A stretch of DNA of 41,276 bases from Saprospiraceae bacterium (GTDB lineage: Bacteria; Bacteroidota; Bacteroidia; Flavobacteriales_C; GCA-002722245), in contig JBLIAZ010000001.1 in NCBI GenBank assembly GCA_047631875.1, positions 1 through 41,276 on the forward strand, written 5' to 3'. This document shows positions 30,805 through 38,218 of the stretch, one piece after another; position 1 is the stretch's first letter; each line of letters starts with the position of its first letter. Made by a program: the position numbers and the translations under genes. The notes beneath the pieces are model-generated. The model was not told the DNA's origin. It did no database searches and saw only the letters and a list, made by a program, of their open reading frames with translations.

Positions 30805-31952
30805 AAGCATTGAAAAGGATAATCCTAGTAATTTCCAGCATGATTATACTGCTTGCAATTACAGGGAACAACCACATTTACCTTGGGTTATACGACACCT
30901 ACTTGCAAGGAAGAACGAAACCCGCTGTCGACGATCCTGATTTGTTCCCTTCAAGAACCATAAAATGTGGCACACCTCAGCCTTGGGAAAAACACACAAA
31001 CTACCACAGTGGAGCATTTTCGGAAAAGGCGAACAAAGCAAACAGCGATTTGTCAACTTTAGGTTTCATAGTCATTAAAGATGATTCGTTGGTGTTTGAA
31101 AAATACTTGAATGGGCATTGCGAAACAGCCTTGTCTAATTCCTTTTCCATGGCAAAATCACTATTGAGTGTACTCGTTGGATGTGCCATCAAAGAAGGGA
31201 AAATCAAACTAACCGACCAAGTAAACACCTACTTGCCAGAATACATTCAAGAAAAAGACAGTGCCTTACAAGTAGTTCATTTGCTGAACATGACCTCGGG
31301 AATGAACTTTGACGAAAGCTATGGAAACCCATTTGGATTCATGGCACAAGCGTATTATGGCAGTGACCTCAAGTCCCTGCTACTAGGATATGAATTAACG
31401 ACGGAGCCTGGTACCAGGTGGGAATATTTAGGCGGAAACAACTTGTTACTTTCTTTACTTTTGGAAAAAGCTTTAGGTAAAAACATGTCAACTTACGCGC
31501 AAGAAAAAGTGTGGCAACCACTTGGAATGGAGCAGGACGCAAAATGGATTTTAGATCACGAGCAGGGCAACGAAAAAACTTTTAGCGGCTTGTACGCTAC
31601 CTCTCGTGATTTTGCAAAAATTGGGCAGTTGTACATGAAATATGGAAATTGGAAAGGGAAACAGGTGGTGGACATTTCATATGTTCAGAAATCCACTTCA
31701 GGGGTAAACGTAATAGACAAACACGGAAACAACACCGACAACTACGGATATGCGTGGTGGCTCGTTGAACACAAGGATATGGACGTGTTTTTTATGCAAG
31801 GTATTCTCGGGCAGTACGTTCTTTGCATTCCAGAAAAAGACATCATCATCGTTCGCACGGGAAAACGTCGCATGGAAAAAAGCAATGGGGTTAATCCAGA
31901 CGACCTGTTCATTTGGCTTGAAGAAGGATTAAGAATAGCTACTCAAAATTAA
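30801..31952 (+). CDS. Serine hydrolase of the beta-lactamase (class C/PBP-like) family
   Basis: 383 aa with an N-terminal anchor and the S-x-x-K motif (SMAK in NSFSMAKSLL). The start overlaps the lipB stop (ATGA). Confidence 0.75.
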   Translation: MKALKRIILVISSMIILLAITGNNHIYLGLYDTYLQGRTKPAVDDPDLFPSRTIKCGTPQPWEKHTNYHSGAFSEKANKANSDLSTLGFIVIKDDSLVFEKYLNGHCETALSNSFSMAKSLLSVLVGCAIKEGKIKLTDQVNTYLPEYIQEKDSALQVVHLLNMTSGMNFDESYGNPFGFMAQAYYGSDLKSLLLGYELTTEPGTRWEYLGGNNLLLSLLLEKALGKNMSTYAQEKVWQPLGMEQDAKWILDHEQGNEKTFSGLYATSRDFAKIGQLYMKYGNWKGKQVVDISYVQKSTSGVNVIDKHGNNTDNYGYAWWLVEHKDMDVFFMQGILGQYVLCIPEKDIIIVRTGKRRMEKSNGVNPDDLFIWLEEGLRIATQN

Positions 31953-31961
31953 ATACACATA

Positions 31962-32366
31962 ATGAAAAAAGACATTATTTTGCCAAAAGTGAATAACGTT
32001 CACGTGGCTGTGGTCAAAGAAAAAAATGACGAAGGAGAATTCATTTGGAACGTGTACCTGATTAACAAACAAGATTTTACACTAGAAAATGTATTAGTAT
32101 CATCCTCAGGATACAGAACAGACAGTAAGGGCAACAAACAAAATAGTTCCACGCTACGTCATTTTTTAGAAAATGTTCCAGCCCACTCAGCTAAAAAAAT
32201 TGAACCCATAATGGAAGACGTATTTCGTTTAAACAACGAATATTTTGTCACTTATTTTTCCTCGGAAGGCATGGCTGAAAAACAATTTGTATTTGTACCG
32301 GATAGTATTTTGGAAAAAAATTTCATTGAAATACCGTTCACGGGAGAGCAGGGCGTAATGATATAA
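31962..32366 (+). CDS. Hypothetical protein
   Basis: 134-aa ORF tightly following the hydrolase gene; no recognisable motifs. Confidence 0.55.
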   Translation: MKKDIILPKVNNVHVAVVKEKNDEGEFIWNVYLINKQDFTLENVLVSSSGYRTDSKGNKQNSSTLRHFLENVPAHSAKKIEPIMEDVFRLNNEYFVTYFSSEGMAEKQFVFVPDSILEKNFIEIPFTGEQGVMI

Positions 32367-32480
32367 AGTTTAACCCTACAAACAATACGGTTTAATGAGA
32401 CATTTTGAAAATTCATCAACTAAGGCTGACCTGTATGTCTTTTAAAATTTCGAAAAGTATCCCATTTATATAAGTAAAAC

Positions 32481-33428
32481 ATGACAACAACACTACTTTG
32501 CTCACCGCTTCAAGGCTTCACTGATTTCAGATTCAGGAACACCTTTCAGCAATATTTTGGGGGAATTGACTGGTTTTACGCTCCCTACATTCGTTTAAAC
32601 GGGAAGTTTGATGTGAAAAATGCGTACAAACGCGATATTTTACCAGAAAACAACTCAAAACTTACCGTTATCCCTCAAATAATCACAAATAGCGCCGAAG
32701 AATTTATATTTGTCAGTGATTTCGTTCAAAAATTGGGCTACACAGAATTAAATTGGAATTTGGGTTGCCCCTACCCTATGGTCACAAAAAGATGCATGGG
32801 GTCAGGATTAATTAGCGATGCTGCCCGTATTGATGAGCTGCTTCATAAAGTCCACAACGAGTCAGACATTACTGTCTCCATGAAAATGAGAATGGGCTAC
32901 GAGAACGCCCAGGAAATATTGGATGTCTTCCCCGTGTTGGACAAGTACCCCATTAAGAATGTTGGTATCCATGCCAGAATTGGTAAACAATTGTACAAAG
33001 GAGGTGTGGATTTGGAAGCATTTGAAACTTGCCTCCAAAACACTAAGCATAAAATTTACTACAATGGTGACATAACCTCGGTTGCTGCGTTTCAAAAACT
33101 ACAAGATCGATTCCCAACAATTGACCACTGGATGATTGGTCGAGGACTTATTACCGACCCTTTTTTACCGTCAATGATAAAGGCTAATTCTACCGTCTAT
33201 CCAGAAAACAGAAAAGAAATCTTTAGCAAATTTCATGATACATTGTTTGATCAGTATGCTAATGCCCTCTCAGGTAAGAGTCACGTTTTAATTAAAATGT
33301 TACACTATTGGGAGTACTTCTCCCAAGTATTTCCAGAGCCTAGAAAAACATTAAAGCGCATAAAAAAAGCCAGTAACATCTTTAAATATGAAGCTGCGGT
33401 GAGGGACAACATGCAAGAATTGGAATAA
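32481..33428 (+). CDS. tRNA-dihydrouridine synthase family protein
   Basis: 315 aa with the Dus-like N-terminus SPLQGFTDFRFRN, NLGCP and a TIM-barrel-length core. Confidence 0.75.
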   Translation: MTTTLLCSPLQGFTDFRFRNTFQQYFGGIDWFYAPYIRLNGKFDVKNAYKRDILPENNSKLTVIPQIITNSAEEFIFVSDFVQKLGYTELNWNLGCPYPMVTKRCMGSGLISDAARIDELLHKVHNESDITVSMKMRMGYENAQEILDVFPVLDKYPIKNVGIHARIGKQLYKGGVDLEAFETCLQNTKHKIYYNGDITSVAAFQKLQDRFPTIDHWMIGRGLITDPFLPSMIKANSTVYPENRKEIFSKFHDTLFDQYANALSGKSHVLIKMLHYWEYFSQVFPEPRKTLKRIKKASNIFKYEAAVRDNMQELE

Positions 33429-33487
33429 CTCATATTGCTAAAAACATCCATCGATACCTCAGCAGAAAACTCACTATTACACATTTC

Positions 33488-33508
33488 TTTCATTTATTTC
33501 TGAAAGTT
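33488..33508 (+). repeat. Copy 1 of a 21-nt direct repeat upstream of the small membrane protein pair
   Basis: tttcatttatttctgaaagtt; 18 of 21 positions identical to the copy at 33648, exactly 160 bp away. Confidence 0.5.
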
Positions 33509-33522
33509 TAGAATATTTGTAT

Positions 33523-33530
33523 TACATTTG
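33523..33530 (+). promoter_or_regulatory. Candidate -7 box (TACATTTG) for the small membrane protein genes
   Basis: Matches TAnnTTTG, but there is no convincing -33 TTG at the expected spacing. Confidence 0.25.
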
Positions 33531-33647
33531 AAGTGAGCAATAAATTCATGATTTCTTGATTTATCTCATAAAAATTTACACAAATGACAACATAAACAGA
33601 AATAACTTACAGTAATCAAAACACAAAATATTTTTTTGTTCATTCTA

Positions 33648-33668
33648 TTTCATTTTTATCTGAAACTT
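33648..33668 (+). repeat. Copy 2 of the 21-nt direct repeat, 37 nt upstream of ATG 33705
   Basis: tttcatttttatctgaaactt. Confidence 0.5.
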
Positions 33669-33704
33669 CAAGAACAAAACTAACGCTAATTGAAACCTCT
33701 ACTA

Positions 33705-34058
33705 ATGAACTACAACATCCTTTCATACTTCATGTATTTAACGGTCACTGTTTTCATCACAGCATATGTAGGATGGGTACTTTATAAAAATGGATGGCTG
33801 CATTTAAAAAGCATTTTCGGGAAAGAGGAAGAACTTGCACTAAAAGTCAACCAACTGTTGTTAACCGGATACTACCTGTTAAACTTTGGATATGCGGTAT
33901 TCAGTGTCAGTATTTGGCCAAAAATTGACAACCTCACACAGGCATGTACTACGGTAGGACAACGGTCAGGAAGCATAATTTTATTATTAGGATTCATGCA
34001 CTACTTTAACCTCTGGATCACCAGTAAATACGGAAAGAAATTACTAACCAATAATTAA
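33705..34058 (+). CDS. Small 3-TM membrane protein, paralogue A
   Basis: 117 aa from ATG 33705 (the ORF track uses TTG 33690). It shares LYKNG...IF...E...N.L...GYYLLNFGYA...LG.M...N with the next ORF. Confidence 0.6.
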   Translation: MNYNILSYFMYLTVTVFITAYVGWVLYKNGWLHLKSIFGKEEELALKVNQLLLTGYYLLNFGYAVFSVSIWPKIDNLTQACTTVGQRSGSIILLLGFMHYFNLWITSKYGKKLLTNN

Positions 34059-34076
34059 TCATTTAAACTAAACACC

Positions 34077-34502
34077 ATGGAAAATCAACTAATTTTAAAA
34101 GCGTACGCTGTTTACTTGCCCATTGTTTTATTACTCACTTTTTTTGTAGCGAGAAGCCTGTTTAAAAGTGGTAAAGTATTCATGCTGGACATTTTCAATC
34201 AGCGAGAGGACATTGCCGAAGCTACTAACAGGCTGTTCAAGGTGGGGTTCTATTTACTTAACGTGGGGTTTGCCTTACTAATTCTTAAAATTTATGCAAG
34301 CACCGTGGACTACCAAGACATCATTGAAATACTGAGTTACAAAATTGGTGGATTCAGCATTTACTTAGGAATCATGCTATTCCTTAACATGTTCTTGTTT
34401 TTCAGAGGGAAAAGAAAAAGTAAAAAACCTGAAGGCGAAGTTGAACTTCACCTTGAAGCTAAAGTCAAAGATGAAGAATTTATTCCGGTAGCTGAAGCTT
34501 AA
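34077..34502 (+). CDS. Small 3-TM membrane protein, paralogue B, with charged C-terminal tail
   Basis: 141 aa with LFKSG...IF...E...N.L...GFYLLNVGFA...LGIM...N, aligning colinearly with paralogue A. It has an extra Lys/Glu-rich tail. Confidence 0.6.
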   Translation: MENQLILKAYAVYLPIVLLLTFFVARSLFKSGKVFMLDIFNQREDIAEATNRLFKVGFYLLNVGFALLILKIYASTVDYQDIIEILSYKIGGFSIYLGIMLFLNMFLFFRGKRKSKKPEGEVELHLEAKVKDEEFIPVAEA

Positions 34503-34518
34503 ACAGCAAGGCCTCATG

Positions 34519-34548
34519 AAAGGTGACGAACTACTCGTCACCTTTTTT
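34519..34548 (+). terminator. Rho-independent terminator
   Basis: aaaggtgacga-actac-tcgtcaccttt followed by ttt. The stem is 11 bp and perfect, 17 nt after the stop of paralogue B. Confidence 0.75.
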
Positions 34549-34708
34549 ACGGGAGTTCTAAAAAATTAGATTTATTGAGGCGAACGAGAAATTAAAAACG
34601 CAGCATACATTAGTATGTGAGGCTTTTAACTTTAAAGTTCAAAGAAGAAAAGGCAATTTTAAAACTTCCCTTTATACTCAAACCACATTATTCTCATACC
34701 TTAGCAAG

Positions 34709-36565
34709 GTGATTGATTTACTCCTCATTACCCCTGCGTTTACTCAGCTTAATACCCCCTACCCTGCTACGGCATACCTAAAAGGGTTTTTAAACACCAA
34801 AGGAATTTCATCTCATCAAATGGACTTGGGTATTGAGGTAATTTTACAAATTTTTTGTAAAAATGGACTACATAAATTGTTTGATAAGGCTTCAGAAAAC
34901 GACAAGGACTTCTCGGAAAACACCCAATCTATTTTTGACAATCGAATTGAATATCAAAACACCATTGACGATTGCATTGGGTTTTTACAAGGAAAAAGGA
35001 ATGAACTAAGCGATGTAATCTTGGCCTTATCCTACTTGCCAATGGCCTCCAGGTTTGAATATTTTGACAAGCAAGACTGGTCGTTCACCAACATGAAAAA
35101 GAACAGCCAAGCGAAACACATTGCTACATTATATTTGGAGGATTTGTCTGATTTTATTGTAGCAACAATTGATGAAAATTTTGGATTCAGCAGGTATGCC
35201 GAGCGTCTTGGCCGAAGCGCTAATAGCTTTGACGATTTGCACAACCAGTTACAACTAGAGGCTACCTATGTTGACGAACTATCACTTGACATTTTAACAA
35301 AAAAAATCACGGAACAACAACCTAAGCTTGTATGTTTTTCAGTTCCTTTCCCGGGAAATTTATACAGCGCTTTCAAATGTGCCCAGCATCTGAAACAACA
35401 CTTTCCACAGCTTAAAATATGCATGGGAGGAGGTTTTCCTAACACTGAGCTACGTTCCTTAAAGGATCCACGTGTATTTGATTACTTTGATTACATTACG
35501 CTTGACGATGGAGAGCTTCCTATTGAATTACTTTACCAACAACTTACTTCTGAAACAAAGGAATTCAAACGTACTTTTTTACGAGATAACAACGAAGTCA
35601 AATACCACAACAACAGCTTAATAAAAGACTATAAACAAAATGAAGTTGGCACACCTGACTATACAGATTTACTGCTTAACAAGTACATTTCAGTCGTAGA
35701 AATTGCCAACCCCATGCACAGCTTGTGGAGCGATGGCAGGTGGAACAAATTAACCATGGCCCACGGTTGCTATTGGGGGAAATGTACCTTTTGTGACACC
35801 TCTTTGGATTACATTCGATTGTACGAACCAATTGCTGTTGCAATTTTAGTGGACAGGATGGAGGAGCTAATTGCTCAAACTGGTGAAAACGGATTCCATT
35901 TTGTGGACGAAGCCGCACCTCCGAAACTCATGAAAGCTTTAGCTTCTGAAATCATCAAACGAAAATTAAAAGTGAGGTGGTGGACCAACGTCAGGTTCGA
36001 AAAAAGCTTTAACAAGGAGTTGTGCTTTTTACTGTCAGCATCAGGTTGCATAGCCATTTCAGGCGGTTTGGAAGTTGCCTCAGATAGGTTATTGAAACTG
36101 ATTGACAAAGGGATTACTGTTCCTCAAGTAGCTCAAGTTTGTGATAATTTTACGGAAAGTGGAATAATGGTTCATTCGTATTTAATGTACGGATATCCCA
36201 CTCAAACAGTACAGGAAACCATTGACAGTTTAGAGATGGTTCGGCAAATGTTCGAACTGGGAATCATTCAATCAGGATTCTGGCACCAGTTCGCTTTAAC
36301 AGCTCACAGTCCCATCGGATTGAATCCCGAAAAATATGGAATCACTCCTCACCTTACTGAAATCACCTTTGCCAACAACGACATTCAGTTCACAGACAGT
36401 ACGGGAATCAACCACCAGCAATTCAGTGCCGGCTTAAAAGCATCTTTGTATAACTACATGCACGACAACGGATTTGACATTCCTTTGCAAGATTGGTTTG
36501 AGTTTGAAATTCCGAAGATGACGATTAAGCAAGGCTATATAGAGGAACAGTTAAATGCTAAATAA
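34709..36565 (+). CDS. B12-binding-domain-like radical SAM protein (GTG start)
   Basis: 618 aa. The N-terminal Rossmann-like LLLITPAFTQLNTPYPATAYLKGFL is typical of B12-domain radical SAM enzymes. The cluster motif is HGCYWGKCTFCD (CxxxCxxC). No in-frame ATG preserves the first beta strand. Confidence 0.8.
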   Translation: MIDLLLITPAFTQLNTPYPATAYLKGFLNTKGISSHQMDLGIEVILQIFCKNGLHKLFDKASENDKDFSENTQSIFDNRIEYQNTIDDCIGFLQGKRNELSDVILALSYLPMASRFEYFDKQDWSFTNMKKNSQAKHIATLYLEDLSDFIVATIDENFGFSRYAERLGRSANSFDDLHNQLQLEATYVDELSLDILTKKITEQQPKLVCFSVPFPGNLYSAFKCAQHLKQHFPQLKICMGGGFPNTELRSLKDPRVFDYFDYITLDDGELPIELLYQQLTSETKEFKRTFLRDNNEVKYHNNSLIKDYKQNEVGTPDYTDLLLNKYISVVEIANPMHSLWSDGRWNKLTMAHGCYWGKCTFCDTSLDYIRLYEPIAVAILVDRMEELIAQTGENGFHFVDEAAPPKLMKALASEIIKRKLKVRWWTNVRFEKSFNKELCFLLSASGCIAISGGLEVASDRLLKLIDKGITVPQVAQVCDNFTESGIMVHSYLMYGYPTQTVQETIDSLEMVRQMFELGIIQSGFWHQFALTAHSPIGLNPEKYGITPHLTEITFANNDIQFTDSTGINHQQFSAGLKASLYNYMHDNGFDIPLQDWFEFEIPKMTIKQGYIEEQLNAK

Positions 36566-36665
36566 TTGTATGTTGCAATTATTTCATTACATGGAGACTC
36601 CCCGGGTACAGGAGTTGATCTTTGTTTCTTTTGGTTAAAAGAAAGGCAAACCATCGGAGACAACA

Positions 36666-37589
36666 CTACTCCTCAAGAACCCTCACAATGTCCCCAAAAC
36701 ACCACACCTGATTATCGGCGTCGATTTGACGGATGTTTCTTCGTAAGGCGAGTCGGGTAAAAACATGCAACTTTGAATCCATCATGTGAATATCGATTTG
36801 CTCCGCAGGCGTCATCCCTTGCTGAATCAACACTGCGCTAACAGGATCAGCAGCATCGTCTGAGATACTTTTATATACCACCACTTTTGTTCCTGTTGGA
36901 ATTTCAATCCCTTTTTGAAGGGATTTTCGGATTGTGGATATTAAACTTTCCAATTCTTGAAGTGTTTCTTGAGGACGATAATGGTACCAATGTAAATCAT
37001 CAATGCTGTCTTGTTCAGTATCAACAAAACCTAAAACGGGACCAACCACTTTAACTAAGGATAAAGTTTTATCACTTGGGATTACAATCGGATCAACCAA
37101 AAACACCGAGTTTAATTCGTCAGCAGCAAAAGTGTTATTGGACATTAATTCCAATATCAACGGACAACCTGTGGACGAACCGACAAAGCTGATGTTAGTA
37201 TAACCCTTGGCAACAAGGGCTTCGTATTCGTTCACAATTGAAGATTGCCAGACCTCCCAAGTGGAGTTTTTGAACTCTTCATAATTCCTTCCATGACCTC
37301 CTAATAATACCTGGGAAAACAAGACGTTTTTGTTTTCAGCCACTATCCAGTCCGCCATTTCTTGCCATTCAAAAGTACTTGCACTGTATCCATGACAAGC
37401 AATGATTACTGGTGTAGCTAGTTGATCAACTGTTGGACTTGTTATTTTTTGAGAAAGTAAAAAATTTTCTGGGTTAGCGATAGAGGCGTCAAAAATGACA
37501 TCCCCGTCAATCATGGTGCCATCCACTTCCGGTTCTTTTCCACAAGAAAACAAAAGAACTGCTAACAATACTAAAATGCTGCTTTTCAT
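36666..37589 (-). CDS. Alpha/beta-hydrolase lipoprotein (esterase/lipase-like)
   Basis: 307 aa with a lipoprotein signal (LLFSCGKE), HG oxyanion region (ACHGYSAS) and nucleophile elbow GSSTG. It starts 4 nt after the upstream stop. Confidence 0.75.
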   Translation of the reverse strand: MKSSILVLLAVLLFSCGKEPEVDGTMIDGDVIFDASIANPENFLLSQKITSPTVDQLATPVIIACHGYSASTFEWQEMADWIVAENKNVLFSQVLLGGHGRNYEEFKNSTWEVWQSSIVNEYEALVAKGYTNISFVGSSTGCPLILELMSNNTFAADELNSVFLVDPIVIPSDKTLSLVKVVGPVLGFVDTEQDSIDDLHWYHYRPQETLQELESLISTIRKSLQKGIEIPTGTKVVVYKSISDDAADPVSAVLIQQGMTPAEQIDIHMMDSKLHVFTRLALRRNIRQIDADNQVWCFGDIVRVLEE

Positions 37590-37593
37590 GATT

Positions 37594-38214
37594 TTACAGG
37601 TTTAATTTATATTGAGCAGATAAATGAAAAATCAAAGGGTATATCGTTGCCAAACCACTTTGCCCATCACCTCCAATGAAATTATACCCTAAACTTCCTT
37701 TAAGGATTAGCTTCTCTTTTATTGTTCCTGTAACTCCAAAATTAATGGACGTCAACAAACTTTGATCGTCTAAGAATTGAAAATAAGTCTCCTCATAATC
37801 AGCTTTCAAATAACCCACGTTCACCTGCACATATGGCTTAATTATTTTTGATTGCAAAAAATTGTATTGCAAAAAAATCGAAATTTGATCTTGTTTAATA
37901 GCATTCGTCCCTAACGCTGAACCCAGTCTTGAAGTCAACAAATTTACACCAATACCTAAACGATTATCTGCTAAATAAGATGCTCTATAAGTAGCGGTTA
38001 TTCCGTTTTCCCAATAAAAATGATAAGATTTTTGAAACAATAATCCAAGTTCCAATTGATTGGTGAAAACTTGTTCCCCACTTGTAGAACTTGAGGTGTC
38101 CTGTATTGCGCTTTCTATCACTTGAGCACTGTATTGAGTGACTTGTTTACTATAACTCACAGTACCTGAGGTTAATAAAATAAGTAATAGTAAGTTTACT
38201 TTTGTCCAATCCAT
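37594..38214 (-). CDS. Putative outer-membrane beta-barrel protein
   Basis: 206 aa with a signal peptide and alternating amphipathic strands rich in Y/G/L/N (VNVGYLKADY, GSLGYNFIGG). It starts 4 nt after the leuS stop. Confidence 0.5.
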   Translation of the reverse strand: MDWTKVNLLLLILLTSGTVSYSKQVTQYSAQVIESAIQDTSSSTSGEQVFTNQLELGLLFQKSYHFYWENGITATYRASYLADNRLGIGVNLLTSRLGSALGTNAIKQDQISIFLQYNFLQSKIIKPYVQVNVGYLKADYEETYFQFLDDQSLLTSINFGVTGTIKEKLILKGSLGYNFIGGDGQSGLATIYPLIFHLSAQYKLNL

Positions 38215-38218
38215 GCCA

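Noticed and set aside
36566-36760. 64-aa plus-strand ORF immediately after the radical SAM stop
   Set aside because: It overlaps the 3' end of the convergent alpha/beta-hydrolase gene, has an odd Cys/Pro/Arg-rich composition and has no plausible start context.
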